Assembly (NCBI GenBank): GCA_977017575.1
Contig: CDRNVI010000099.1
Span: 124,001 to 188,000, forward strand
Reading direction: 5' to 3'
DNA length: 64,000 nt
DNA from: Paramoeba atlantica
Lineage: Eukaryota > Protista > Discosea
Every line of letters begins with the position of its first letter. Positions within the stretch are counted from its first letter, which is position 1. Positions 19,953 to 33,917 of this stretch are shown in pieces. The notes under the pieces are model-generated. The model was given only the letters and a program-made list of their open reading frames with translations. It had not been told where the DNA came from and did not search any database. The position numbers and the translations under genes were made by a program.

Positions 19953-22900
19953 ATGTGTTTATTCAATGCAGAATCATGTTTAGATCTGCAGAGGTAAATT
20001 TCTACCTATGCTACGGTCGCATACGACGACCCCGCATAGGCTGTTTTACTAGCCTAGCCGCCCCCTTTCCAGTCGGGTGATTCCCGGTTTAGCCAAATAA
20101 CAAAGCTACTACGAATTGCTTCGCGTATGGCTTCAAGTTGGCATTCCGTGGACAGCCCTTTGTCACTCCCAAAAAGGCGGGCTACCTGCCGAAGAGAGGA
20201 AGCCGGCAATCCTCTTACACCCACCTCCATACACAGCAGATGTGTGTTCGGGTGATCCATCCTGCGGCGATGCAATATATTCTGATATTTTTCCGTTTTG
20301 CGGCAGTGTGCCTCCGCGATGTTGTCTTCCCAGGGTACGGTCAGTTCAACGATAAATTCAGTTCCATCGTGAAGCCTGACCAGGCCATCCGGACGCAGAG
20401 TGGTTTCTAGGGCTGCCCACCAACTTGGGAGGTTACGGAGGCCCTCGAGGTCGAATGAGGCCCAGGAGGTGTTGGGGGAGCCGACGATCGCGTTCGCAAG
20501 GACGCTCAACACTCTGTCATGTCGATACGTGTAGCGTCCTTGGTCTAAGGATGTCCTGCAACCTGAGAGCAGGTGCCTTAAGGTTTCGGGTGCTGAGTTG
20601 CAGATACGGCAAGACATACTATTTGCACCATTCTTCCCCCATGTTCTGAGCATGGTCCGGGTAGGAAGTGGGGCTTGGACCATCACATGTGTAGCGAATC
20701 TGCTCAGTGAAGTGCTCCTAAGGCCGTTAATGGCAGCTGCAAAATCTTTCGCCTGATCTTCCTCCGTGTTCGTGTCCCACCACTGTATGGCAACCGTGGT
20801 GCGGCGTCGCAGAGCGTTAATCATACGCTCCTCGTTCAGGTCAATGAGAGTTTTCCTGGCGCGAGATCGGTCGTTCAAGCAGTGCGTTATGTGAGTTGCG
20901 GGCCGTATTTGTCCTTTCAAGCGTCTCTCCTCTTCTTCCCGTATTTTGTTCCGAAGCACAGCTGCGGCAGCCGGATCTTTGGATTTCTTTAACTGGCACA
21001 TAAGGTCTGCAGTACATTCATGCCACAGTTGCGACAGGCTCCTCAGTCCCCAGCCGCGCGATGAGTAAATTGCTTCGGGACTAGAGCCACGCGCCACGTT
21101 AATCCAACGCCGCAGGAAGTTGGTACAGAGTTTCTGGAGTCGGAGGACAAAGTTCATAGTGATGCACGGGTGGATCGTAAGCGAGAAGCGCAAGCGGGAG
21201 ATAATGGCATGCTGATATATCCATAGTCGCGAAGGGAGGTCGTGGGCGCTCTTATCGATATTTCTGAGCCATGAATTAATGAGAGGACGTAGCTTCATGA
21301 ACAGCGCACGGGACTGTTGTGCTCCAGGGGCGATGGTCATGCCCAGAAAGGTGCTACCTGCATCACAGATTTGGGGAATGGGAATGTGATTGATCAGAAT
21401 TTGTGGACGGCGTGTCATGTAACCTGGGTGTTCATCGTCCGGTCGCACGGCCATGCATTGTACCCTACTCTTTTTCACGTTTATAGATAAACCTATTTTG
21501 CGGAGGATTGAGTATAGGGCTCCTAGTGCGACTCCTTCGGGTTGCTGGTGAGGACCGTGAGATCGTCAGCGTAGGCCTTTATAAAGCATTTCGCATTGCC
21601 TGGCAGATCGAGTCCGTACGCGGGAAAGTTAAGTGTCATATAACGCAGTACTACTTCCATGACGATAAGGAATATAGACGGGGAGAGGGTGTCGCCTTGG
21701 AGTACCCCACGTTGCACAGGAATTGTAGAGGAGAGACCTTCATAACACTTTATTTGCGTAGACGCTCCGTTATATAAACTACTGATGTACCCGAGGAGAG
21801 TCGGGGAGATCTTGGCCCATTGCATCGCCTCAAATATAACATTGTGTGGGACTGAACCGAATGCGTTGGATAGATCCAGTTGGGCTAAGCAGTATTGGAG
21901 CTTGTTCTTTCTGTAGTGCTGCAAGATTGCATCCAGCGTCTGAGTGTGTTCCAGTGTCCCGTTGATGGCCGGTAGGAAACCCTTTTGGATTGATGGATCA
22001 ATTACTGCTGCCTCGACCAGATGGCGGTTTATTTTGCGACTTATGATCGAATGGAGAAGCTTAGCTAGAACACTGATGAGACTGATGGGGCGCCAGTTTT
22101 GGGGTTGATCGTGAGCTCCATTTTTATGAATTAGGCGGGTAACAGAGCATTTCCAGGAAGGTGGGCAAGTGCGATACTTGAGCAACGCGTTGAAGACTGT
22201 AGCGATGTGTGAGTGTACGCTGTGACACCGTTTTAGGATGGTATACGTGATGGTGTCTTGACCTGGGGCACTACTATTCCTTTTCGAGATTAGAGCGTCG
22301 GATATTTCGGTCGGGGTCAGCTCTTCCCATGACATGTCGACAAGAGGACGGGTCCCAAGCGAGTCAGACGGAGGAATGTGGTATTCCTCTGAAGGAGCAG
22401 AAAGTGTATCACCAAAGTGCTTTTCCACGCTGTGCACATCGCATGTAGGATAGGAGGCTGGGGCTTCAAGACCGATAGGTTTGTCCAATGTTTCGCTAGC
22501 GGCGGTCCATGGGTTTCTGTTAAAGCGTTTCAGTGCCCGGCGTTGTTCGAGTGTTTGCCGCTGTGCGGTGGCCTCCGCATGATAAACCCTTTCACCTTTT
22601 TTGGTTTCCTTGATCGTTCGTTTTAAGGCGTTCCTGTCTGCCTTTCCATGTGTATAGCGTAGTCTTGTCTGCAGTTCTTTTAGGTGCCGGGAGAAGGACG
22701 AGGCTATTTTTTCGCTTTCCAAGGGTCTGCATCGGGTCTTTGCGTGACCTTTCTTTGTGCGGATTAAAAAGCCTTTCGTGGGATTCACGTCGCGAGCAAC
22801 CTCGTAGGTAGAGACAGATAGTATGGAGCTCAGGAGTTCGGCGTTCCTAACGGCGGAATCTATGTCTTGTTCAGGAGTGAGTAATGCACTACACCTTTTG

Positions 22901-25576
22901 AGAGCCTTGGTCTCAACGTCGTGCCACTGTGCGTCCGTTAAGTTGATACATATCTTTCCCCCTTGGATGTACCTGGCTGTTCGGAGTAGGTAATCGAGAT
23001 CCTGTTCTTTATACTCCTGCAGGTCTGGTGGAACCGCCGAGCGAGGTACTTTGGATTCCTGGGCAGAGCTGGTCTCGGCGGCAGTGGAACCTGCAGTTGG
23101 AGGAGCAGCGGGACCGAAGACTTTACAGCAACGATGAGCACACCCGAGTTTGTCGCGGCAGGTGTGGCGGCAGGGTTGTGCAAAGGATTGCAAAGAGGGT
23201 ACACGACTGGGTGGGTCTGCTATGCGATATGCTGGAAGCTCCGGAATAGCTTCTAAGACCGGCGGAGTTTCGTCGATGGGTGTGTGTCGATGTAGGGTTA
23301 TCACATGATCTGCAAGCCCGGGAATTTCGGAGCCGTTTAGTCTCTTAAGAACGGCTTTACTGAGAGTACCCGGAGAGGAATAGTAATCTGAAAGTTTTAG
23401 GGCTGCATCCTGGTACAGAGATACCCAACTGGAGTGGCGCGAAGACTTGTCCGGGCTTCCGACTTTGTGAATTGTAATGAAATCGCACGCCCCATGGTCC
23501 ATCAGTTCTTCTACGGAACATCCTCTTACTATGATGTCGTGCGTGGGGTTGCCAGAGTTCAGCGCCTTCGAAATGGCTGCCTGCGCTCCCTGCAGGGAGC
23601 TAATCCTGCTGCGTGTGATTTGACTTTCGCAGGCAGCTCGTACGTCCGGAAAATATAACCATTCTTGGGCACTTGCTAGACGAAGTTTCAGAGGCTTTGA
23701 TCGGGATTGTATAAAATGTAGGCATTGTTTCCCTTTCTCTGTCGAGCGACGTCTTTCTACAGGGACCCCCGAATTCCCAGAAGGCACGTCGTGAGGGACC
23801 TTCTCGAATACCCATTCCGGAACTTCGTCGTCCGCAGTGCAGAGAGGGAACGGTGGTTCTGTCAAGAGTCCTTCTGAGTCGTCGGTATGGTGGGGTGACT
23901 TTATACGATTAATAAGTAGTTTCTCTACGCCGCGGCGTGTGGGACTAGGCGTGAACGAGACGTTCCAGGACTCCGGCACTATCGAAAGATTCTGTGGCGG
24001 CGATAAAGGGGCAGGGAGGTACGGGACTTTCTCTGCTTTGGAGTTGTCGGAAGTGTCCACCCCTGCGTCGTGCTCGGGCGTGCTGCTGGGATGGTCGCGA
24101 TATGGTTCATCAGTTATCCGGTCTGGGGGGTGCTTTTCGGTATCAGAGGAAGAGATACGTGCGGGTGACGATGTTGTGATGCCAGGGGTAAGCCCTCTTT
24201 TGCAGCAAAGGTGGCCACACGTGGTTTTGTCCTTACAGGGATGTTTACATGGTAGATTGTATGGGTTCTGAGGCTCTGGTTCGGGCTGTCGAGCGCTGAG
24301 GCGCAATGTCGGTCCTTCCTGCAGCTTTTCTATAGCGAATTCGGGAGGTTCTCGCTTGGGAGATAGTTGGGACCCTCGGTTTACGGTCTTGGGAGTCATC
24401 TTTCTGAGAGGCGGTGGTTTCGCTCGTGCTTCCGGGGGAGGGATGCCAAGGAGGCCTTTACATAATTCATACGCAAGATTGATAGCTGTTGAGGAGATAG
24501 TATGTTGTTTTCCTTCCGGAGGAGAAGAAGGGGATTTCCGAAAGGTGGGCACCTTACTTGCTTCACGCTGATCAGCTCTGTTGGCATGCGTTGTAGCAGG
24601 GTTGTCGCTGTTTGATCTTGCGATTCCTGGGGCAATCAATTTTCTCTTCGCCGACATTTCTCCCTCGACGTGTTTCCTTGAGCGTTCGTAGTGGTTGGAG
24701 CCCTCGCTTGTGGATCTGCCGCTGGGTGAAAACACTTCCGTGTTCGAGGAGTTCTGCGCAGTTTGGGGTTTGCCCGCACATTGAAATATGGGCTTGGTCA
24801 AGTGGCGCAGTACTTTCACCATAAAGCCCCCAGAGTCTCCTGCCAGATTTTGACTCCCATTGTCGCGCGTACTGCTTTGTGGATCTAGTCTAGGTGCACT
24901 ACCGGCGCTCGTACAAGTGGTGTGGAGGTGACGTTTACAACAGGGGTGCCCGCAGTTCGCCTTATCCTTGCAGATATGTTTGCACGGGGCGATAGGTTCA
25001 GGTACATCCTTTACTACTTCAGATGATGGGGCTTCAGAGGACATTGTGTTTGTTTCCGTCCTCCTCGTTACATCGGTAACAGTATTCCCTTGGGATACAT
25101 GTGTGGTACTATCTTCGGGAACACAGGTAGGAAGAAGATGTCGTTTACAACATGGGTGGCCGCACAGACTCTTGTCTTTGCAGGGATGCTTGCATTGTGA
25201 AATGTTAAGGGGCTGAGTGGACGGCGGATTCGGCGCAGTCTTGCAGCAGGGATGGCCGCATTTTTTTTTTGCTCCTTACAAGTATGTTTACATCGCCGGG
25301 TCGTATTTATTGCGGTTTCCTTCTTTTCAGTGTTTGTTTTCAGTGAACCTCCCATAGGAGCTTTGGGGCTGACTCGGTAGGAGTCTGCATGTTGAGCTGC
25401 ATGTTCCTTGGCCTCGCGTTCAGCACCTGTCAGAGAGGTGGCGGATCGGCTAGTTACGTTGCCTAGTCTCTTATGAGAGTCCTGCAACGCCTGTGAGATT
25501 TCCCCACTTCTGGCATATGGCGAGGTCATGAAGGGTCGTAAACGTAGGGGAAAATAAAGACAACAAGGTACAGAAA
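19953..25576 (-). mobile_element. RLE-type non-LTR retrotransposon copy C (second subfamily, full length, two frameshifts)
   Basis: Partial SL relic 25561-76; ATG at 25529; five CxHxC..CxHxCCK fingers; RT (WRPISL, QGDTLSP, YADD); CRIC..H..C, RH, RPDG..VELTVPWE. Frameshifts at about 25265 (A-run) and about 21520. Confidence 0.9.
25561..25576 (-). other. partial SL-like relic at 5' end of copy C
   Basis: TTTCTGTACCTTGTTG, about 30 nt upstream of the element ATG; identical to the 3' 16 nt of the relic at 33918. Confidence 0.7.
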
Positions 25577-25642
25577 TGTGGTATAAAAAAACCAGGTACA
25601 TCACGAAGATCGAGACCTCCCGTAAACTTGTTACAGGAAATA
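25577..25642 (-). pseudogene. LRR fragment stranded between copies B and C
   Basis: Encodes ISCNKFTGGLDLRDVP; continues the LRR frame broken at 30397 (VIN|ISCN). Confidence 0.75.
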
Positions 25643-28600
25643 TATTGCATCATACAGGTAATCCTGCAGAGATTTATGTGGTGAAAACGCGCACAAAACG
25701 CGTTTTAGTCACCTGTTTATATCCAGCGTCACCAAGAACGTTCTCCTCCATCCAATTTTTGTCATTGCGGTTTTGATATACTATGAAGCTCCCTCTCAGA
25801 GCCTTCACGGTCATATTGCGCCGGCACTCAGCCACCAGCTCATCATTACCCATAAATAGAGAGTTCAGAGTTCGACCAGCACTGCTTATTTTTCCTCTCG
25901 CTCCGACTTCGAAAACGAGTAGAAAAGTACTCGGGTTTGTGAGCTTGCGGGAATAGTAGAGATTTGTGTACTTGGCAGTTTTTCGTTCGTGTGCGTAGAC
26001 AAAATTTTCCTCCCAGGGGCACGTCAATTCTATAATATACTCCTCCCCGTTGGACAGTTTCACCCACCCATCCGGTCGCAGCTCGGTGTCGAGTTCCGTG
26101 AGCCACGGAGGGGTAGAGCGAAAGTGAGGGAGGTCAAAGTGATATAGACTGGTCCCTTGGAATTTCTGCACAGAGTTTGCGAGGGCTTGTAGCACCATGT
26201 TATGTCGCAGAGTATATCGTCCTTGCTCGAGTGCTTTTCTACACTCGGAGAGAATATGTCGCGCAGTTTGCGTTTCAGTATCGCAGATGGGACACTTGTC
26301 GCTTGTTTGTGTCGATACGCCCCATTTGCGGAGAGACACTCTAGTGGGGAGTGGCGTTTCTGTGAGTACGGAAGCCGTAAATCGTGATAGCGATTCGCTT
26401 TTGAGATTACATAGGGCGGCAGCGAAGTCCCTCGCGAGGTCTGCTTCCGTCGCTACGCGGAACCATCTTCCCGCAACTGAAGTGCGCCTTTGCACGGTTT
26501 CCGAAAGATGCCTCTCATATTCACTGTCGGGAAGTCGTCGTACGTTATTGTGAGTTGAACCGAGTATGTCAGTCGGCGGACGAATGTACCACGCTTTTCT
26601 CTTGTTTTCTTCTCTCCTGATGCGTTCGCGCAGGGCGTGCTGGACATCGGGATCGCGTGATTTCTCCATTTGTTCCGCGGCGCTCGCGGTTGAAAGAAGC
26701 CATAGTTTGGATAAGCTCACGAGGTTCCAACCATGCTCGGAATACAACAGTTCGCTTGTCGCGGATTTTGCTACATTTAACCATTTTCTGATTTCATTTG
26801 TAGCGCATCGCTGGAGGCGCAGAACGTGGTTAAAAGTCAGACATGAATTGACAACAAAAGAGTAGCGAAGGCGGGAGATAATACCATTATTGTATATCCA
26901 TAGTCGGGCGGGTAGGTCGTGGGCGCTGGAAGATATGTTGCGTAACCAGGTACGGAGTCGATTGCGTAGCTTTAGGAACAGAATTTTACCATGCTGGGCA
27001 CCAGATGCGAGAGTCATACCCAGGAATGTGCTACCATTATCGCATATTTGAGGAATAGGTGTTGCGTCAATCATTATCTGCGGTCGTCTTGTCATGTAGC
27101 CTGAGTCTTGAGTCATTGCCATGTGTTGAATCCGACATTTCTTTGCGTTCAATTTCATTCCGATATCGCCTAGAACTTTGACCAGTACGTTCGTGGCAAT
27201 TTGCATTTCCTTTGGTGTGTTCGTGAGTATACTGAGGTCGTCAGCAAAGGCCTTCAGAATGGTTTCCTTTCCATCCCAAGTGATTCCGTACTGTCGGCAA
27301 CTTGAACGGATGAAGCGAAGAATCAATTCCATTGCCAAGTTGAATAAGATCGGCGACAGTGTATCTCCTTGTAATACTCCACGGCCGATCTCGATCGACT
27401 TCGTAAGGCCTTCAGCACACTTGATTTGAATAGATGCTCCTTTGTACAGCGCGCTGATATAGTTAATTAGAATTGGGGAGACACGGGCCCATTTTAGGGA
27501 TTGCAACAGTACTGCGTGGGGGATAGATCCGAAAGCGTTCTTGATATCGAACTGTGCCAGTAAGTATTGCCGTTTGTGACGTCGTTGGTGTTCAAGGAGC
27601 TCGCATAAGACTTGTGTATGCTCGACGGTCCCATTCATGTGTGGTAGAAATCCTTTTTGTACTGATGTATCGAGCGCATGAGAATCCAGGGAATGTTGAA
27701 GGATTCGGTGGCTCAGCATTGAATGGAAAAGTTTCCCTATGCAACTAGTTAAGCTTATCGGTCGCCAATTCTCCATAGTTGATGTAGGACCTCCTTTGTG
27801 TATGAGGCGAGTTACGGCAGATTTCCAGGTGGGGGGGCAAATCCCGAATTTAAGGATATCATTGAATACTTGAGCGATGTGGACAAAGATAGGGCTACAA
27901 CGCTTGAGCAGAGCGTTAGATACAGTGTCTGATCCAGGAGCAGCGCCCGAGCGCTTGGAAGATACAGCAGATGCTATCATTTCGGCGTCAATATCCGACC
28001 ATGGCATGTCGATGTCAGGCCGTGGTCCCAAGAACTCGGCGGGGGGTATGCTGTGATTCTCTTCAGGTTTGTAGATTTGATTCAGGTCTGTAGATTGGCA
28101 TCCTCCACGTACAACTTCAACGCTTTCTCTGCTTCCTTAATTTCTCCTCGCTGCTTGTTTCTCGCGGCCCCTTCATGAAGGTAAGTGCACGTTTGAGTTG
28201 ACGAATATGTGTGCGAAGCCTCTTCGTGGTACGTTCCATGGCCAAGGGCCGTGAGTTCCTTCTGGCTCTGCCAGCTCTGGTTCGCAGGAGAAAGCCGTGT
28301 GACGGGTCGCTCTCCCGTGCGGCTTCAAAGACGGTTACGGCGAGGATCGCGGATAATGTTTTAGCTTGAGACAGGGCATCCTCATCGTTTCGCGCTGGGT
28401 GCACGTACAAGTTGCAACGTTCCTCAATTTTCGCAATAACATTGCCCCACTGTTCCTCTGTAAAACGTACCAGAACTCGTCCTCCCGTTATTGTGTCAAA
28501 TGTTTCGAGAAGATTCTGCAGGTCAGGAATGGGCTGAATGGTTGGGGCTGGGGCGTGCTGGGCTCGAGGGATCCTCTGCAGTATCGTGCGTCTGCGATTT

Positions 28601-30396
28601 ACTTCCGGTGGGGGAGGTAAAGGTAAAGGCAAAGGCGCGAGTTCTGCTACGGATTCCATACGTGGTACAGAAGGTGAGGAATCCGGTTGCGTCTGGTGGG
28701 AAATGTCGTAGAGGGCTGGACAGTGGACTCGTGCGGGGCAGGGAGTTGGTGCGAACTGGTAGGCGGGGTGCCACGACTGGGGCGGGAGGTTCCGAAGCTT
28801 GTGAAGAAGCTGTAGCGCGTTCGGCATCACCAAGCGCAGGGAATAGAATATTTTTCGCCGTCCAGCTTATGGTAGAGTATGCGATTTCGCCAGCTTTGAG
28901 GAGAACTCCTTTTTGACAACATGAATGCTTACATTTAGTTTTGTCTTTACATTTATGTGCGCAATTACGGCGAGGGCCTGATTCAGGGTGGATATTGCCA
29001 TCTCTACTAACATGAGCTTCCGGGGAAGTGCGTGTATGAGAGAGCTCGTGGTTTACAGCCTGCGTACCGCTCAAGTTTCCTGTCTTGGATGGCCAGCTAG
29101 GATGATTCTGTGATGATATTATGCTAGCATCGGCAGGAGATGTCCTCGTAAACAAATTCCTAAATGACCATATTCGATTCTGACTGTTTTCTTCGATGAT
29201 CATGACCCCTGTCTTGCAACAATGGTGTTTGCACTGAGTTTTATTGCTGCATATGTGCCGACACGGGCGATAGTTGGCCGTGTTTGCTGATATTACGGCG
29301 GACGACGGTGGATTACCGGTTGGCAGTTCCTCATACTGGGCCTCTTCGCTCGGTATGGCATCTGTCGAGACTTGCGGATCGGTTTCTATCGATGTGGCTA
29401 CTGTCGGACTATGTGACCGTGTTAGTGGTGACTCCCCGAGGTGCCGTTCTGGTCGAGGATTATCAGTAGCACCCGTGATGAGGACTCCTATTTTGCAGCA
29501 CTGGTGCAAACAATTTGTCTTGTCGCGGCACGTATGCTTACAGGGCCTTCTGTCGGGAGCTAGTGAACTGTCTATAGCCACGGCTTCCGAAGAGGGAAGA
29601 GGGACGCTAGGACGCACAGACCATTCGGGTTTCACTTTTCAACATACGTGAAGGCATGCTGCTTTGTCCCGGCATTTATGGGCACAAGGGATACTTGGTT
29701 TAGTGGGCGGTAGTTTTGACACCTTGACGGGAGCATCACGGATTCTATATGGCGCGTCGTATGTGACCTCCGGGCAACGTTGGAGTTGTTCAGTGGGTTG
29801 GGCCTTACGGGTCACGTGTGATATGCGGAATCGTCGTAAGCCTGGCACGTCACCGCCGCGCAATTTCTTTGTGACGGCTTTGCCAAGCGCGTTCGAGGAG
29901 GAGTATTCTGTGTCAAGCTGCATGTCGGGGTCTGTATAAGCAGAGCTCCAGCTCGTGTGATGAAATGTGCGACTAAGGTTTCCAATTTCATGGTACTTAA
30001 CGTACTCGCATGCGTCGTTCTCGATGACATCTTGAGTGGTACACGTTTGTTCTATCAGACCATCGCTCCTTTTGCTTCCCGACTTCAGGGTTTTTCCGAG
30101 GGAAGCTTCTGCTGTGTGCGTGCTTGAGAAAAACTCTCGTTCGGTAAGGGTGATGGCTGCGGCGTGCGTGTCGGGAAAATAGGACCATGAAACGCTATCA
30201 GAGGGGCGGATCTTCACTGGCACCGCACGACTTTGGACGAAGTGAAAGTTCTGGGGGTGTCGCTGCGCTCTGACAGGTCCTCGAGGGAGGCCGTCGTGCG
30301 CGTGGGGAGCTGGGGGTGTGACATTGGAGACCATGCTCCGAAAGATAAGTTTAGTACAAAGTTAATAAATCAACAAAGTACAGAAACTGTATCTTT
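25643..30396 (-). mobile_element. RLE-type non-LTR retrotransposon copy B (full length, frameshifted)
   Basis: SL relic 30371-96; ATG at 30334; four zinc fingers in 28523-29680; RT plus RLE ORF 25674..28031; 3' end TATGATGCAATATAT. Confidence 0.92.
30371..30396 (-). other. spliced-leader-like relic at 5' end of copy B
   Basis: AAAGATACAGTTTCTGTACTTTGTTG, 36 nt upstream of the element ATG. Confidence 0.85.
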
Positions 30397-30873
30397 TGAT
30401 CACTCCAATATCAGTTGGTAAATGTGTCAAAACTAACCCTCCAGTAAACATGTTTCCACTGACATCCAAGTGGTATAGTCTAGCCGGCAAGTTAACTAGG
30501 CTCAAACCCCCCGTAAATGTGTTATTCGTTGCTTTAAAATATTCAATGTATTCGTGAAGTTTGAGCATACCATTGAATCGATTATCTGAAAAATCAGCTT
30601 CCTGAAGTCCTTGTTCCCAAAACAAATTCTCCAGATCCAAAGTTCCTACGAGGGCGTTCTCCTGAACTAAAAGGCGTGTAAGACTGTTCGGCAAATTATT
30701 GAGGAGTAATTTCCCCGAAAATGATTGCAGGAGGCATCGAATATCTCCATGTGAACCGGAAGAAAACGAAGGTCCAAGTCCAGCTCGGAGTAATCTTTGC
30801 TTGAATACGTCATGTGCGGAATTCGCGGCGTATAAGAAACTGTACAGCCCGTGAACGCGTTAGAACTTAAATA
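30397..30873 (-). pseudogene. middle part of a shattered LRR gene
   Basis: YLSSNAFTG..LDLRFLPVHMEIFDASCNHF..LPNSLTRLLVQENALVG..LPARLYHLDVSGNMFTG..LPTDIGVI. Confidence 0.8.
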
Positions 30874-31276
30874 TTTTGTTTATCATGCGCTCTTTGGCGC
30901 AGAGATAATCCCCTTAATGCGACGGCCGAAATCATCGGCACATAATCCGCCCACAACGGATGTCGCCAAAGGGGGTTCGACGCGGACTCTGTCGGTAGAG
31001 AGGTCCAGGCAACTCGCCTCTCTTTACGCAGCCGGAGGGGCGTACTGCAACCGACTCGGTCCCAGTCGGTAGAGGTGGTCCAGGCAACTCACCACCTCTT
31101 TACGCAGCCGGAGGGGCGCACTGCAACCGACCGCTGCCTCGCGATAATGCGAGGCAGAGTCACGCCCAGTGGTCCTCAAGGGAGGCCACCATGGCGCATA
31201 GCTCCCGGGAAGAGATAGGCGCGAGAAGAAGAAAGCCGGGGAGGGAAGAAAACTCACTCAAGGAGTGAGCCGGGGA

Positions 31277-33768
31277 GGTGGAAGTATAGGAATATTGCAT
31301 AAGTATAGGAATATTGCATAAGTATAGGAATATTGCATAAGTATAGGAATATTGCACAAGTATAGGAATATTGCATAAGTATAGGAATATTGCATAGCCG
31401 TCTAATCATGTCACAAAATACTGTGAATTGGTTTTGAGAGGGGTGTGAGGAGTTCGAATGTATAAAGAATATCTCTTTCTCCAGTTTTGCGGACAGTACA
31501 GAAGAACTTTTATCACGTTGGCTCAAGAATCATAAACTTGTTGCCCAACAGGTGTGGTGCCACAAAGTCAAGTATCATGACACCAAGGAAATCATGTGTG
31601 TACATGATGGTTCCCATTGGTATTGTCCTTACGTGGAAACTACAGAGTGTAGAGCACGTTACAGTGCGATGGAACCCTTATTCAATTTAAAAAGCAAACG
31701 AAGTATTAAGGACACACTCATCGTGTTGTACGGTCTCATCGAGGGTATGTCCCTTCAACAAGTTTCCCGCGAATGCACTCTTGGCAAGCTTACAATTGTT
31801 AAATTGTTTCAATTCTTCGAATACATTATTAGCACTGCGCACGACATGCGCTTCGACGCTTCACAGGGCACAGTTCTTTTCATGCAAAAGGACGAAACGT
31901 GCGTTTCCCGGATCAAGCGAATGGGGTGCGGTCGAGGGAAAAGAGTCCGACGCGATGGTTCCTCTTGGTACCATACTTTGGTACACTGCGATGAGATACC
32001 AGATGAAGAAGGTCGCATACACTATCCCATGAAAGAGATATTTGTAAAGTACCTGGAAAGCACAGATGCTGCCACTATGACCGCTCATGTGCGCCATCTT
32101 GCCAAGAACTCCCGTTGCCAAATATATACGGACTGCGCTGGTGCCAGCAAGTGTCTAAATCGGGAATGGCGCCATGGGGCCGTAAACCATCGAAAACATT
32201 GGGTAACAGTCTCCGGCATCCACACTAATACCGTGGAACATGCCAATGGCCTCCTCAAAAAGGAACTCAAAGCTCGTGGGGGCCGTCTTGGCAACGATGA
32301 AATATCTCGCGCTCACCGAATGAAGTTTTTCGCAGAAATTGCTAACGCGACACTCTCTGTCAACGGAGGTTCCCGTGTACGTCGCATCTTCCAAGATATT
32401 CGTACATTCTGCAAAGCTGTTAGTTTCTACCGCGACGAAGAAGACGAAAGTAGTGACTCGGAGTAAGGCTCGTTATTTTTTGTGTCCATGTGTACCGTCG
32501 TTATTTCTTCACGCAGAAGGAAATTTCTTCCCGCAGAAAGTACAGGTTATTTCATTCCGTATCCTGTATACCTTCAAGTTGGTTACCCATGTTGACAGTG
32601 TTTAGAATGCCCCTTTTCTGGTCGACGTTCACAATTTGCCCCCAAAAAGGTAAAGAACGTGACACTGCATAGGAAAATAAATACACAATCCTGCGGCCAA
32701 ACCACAATCCCCGGCCAACTATCTTTACGTGCCATTTACGGTTCTGTTGTGCAAACAAGATCTAGGTTTAGTTTTTGGGTGTCACACTTTCACGTGACTC
32801 AGTGGCCCGGCCGGCCCCTCCGTGCGTTCGGCCTCTCATATTCCCCAAAACAACTACCACCTTCCCCCCATTTATCAGGGGTCGCTCGCGCGACCCCCGC
32901 TAAATAGGGGGGGAAGGTGGTAGTTGTGGGGTATGGAGGCCTCTCGCAACTCCGGGGCCTCACCGGGAGCAAAGGTGAGTTCCCATAGCACCCCGCACCA
33001 ACTTTTGGCAAAAGTTGAAATCGGTGCCTAAAACTTTATGCATGTGAATGTGCTGTTCCGAAGTATAGGAATATTGCATAAGTATAGGAATATTGCATAA
33101 GTATAGGAATATTGCATAAGTATAGGAATATTGCATAAGTATAGGAATATTGCAGAGCCCCTCTAATTTTTTTTTAACTTTTGAAAAATTTCTCCTGGCA
33201 AGATCCCACCTGTATTGGATCTTACAAATCCTTTTCCTTGTAGATGAGACTCCAAAGTATATACGCACATCACATTTTCTAAAAATGGAAAAGTTGCATA
33301 TAGGGGGTGACCCCGCCAAAGTAGCCAAAAACAGGTGAAAGTGGGCTTTTTTAAGCAAAATCCACGAAAAGTGGCCATTTTAGGGCATTTTAGAAGGGTC
33401 CCCCCTAATATGTGAAGTCTTTATTCCAAGTAAAAGTAGTTCAAAGTGATAGATTAGGGTACGTTATAGCGTCCATATGTTCGGTATTCCATTTTCCCGG
33501 GGTTACAAGTCTATGAGGCACGTAACAAATAAAAAAAATCGCATATTTTCGAGAAATATACCACCCTTGACTTTGTAAAAATTTGTTTCAAATTACAAAA
33601 AATAGGTGGTTTCCCGACAGTGTAATCGCAGATCTATACAACGGTTATAATTATCTACCGAAATCAAGAAACTCATATTAAGGGGTGGGGGGTCAAAAAT
33701 AGAGTTATGCAATATTCCTATACTTATGCAATATTCCTATACTTATGCAATATTCCTATACTTTGACC
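31277..33768 (+). mobile_element. Merlin (IS1595-like) DNA transposon
   Basis: TIRs GGT(G/C)(G/A)AAGTATAGG followed by 19-bp repeats AAGTATAGGAATATTGCAT (6 left, 5 internal at 33061-33153, 3 inverted at right); 9-bp TSD AGCCGGGGA (31268-76, 33769-77). Confidence 0.92.
31408..32466 (+). CDS. Merlin/ISXO2-like DDE transposase (one early in-frame TGA)
   Basis: QKDET, IYTDC, AVNH and HTNTVE motifs. ATG at 31408 is in frame with ORF 31552..32466, but TGA occurs at 31435-37. Confidence 0.85.
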
Positions 33769-33917
33769 AGCCGGGGAGGGGTGAAAAGTCGGAAGTACGT
33801 CCCCTACTTCCACGACAAAGAGGGACAGTTCCCGCTAGCCGTCAGCCGGAAACGGGCATTAAAAGGGAAAATGTATGCCCGTTTCCGGGAAAAGAAAGGA
33901 AGGGCTAGCAAAATGTA

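Noticed and set aside
31282-31395. CRISPR-like array of 19-bp repeats
   Set aside because: Repeats are contiguous without spacers and belong to Merlin termini.
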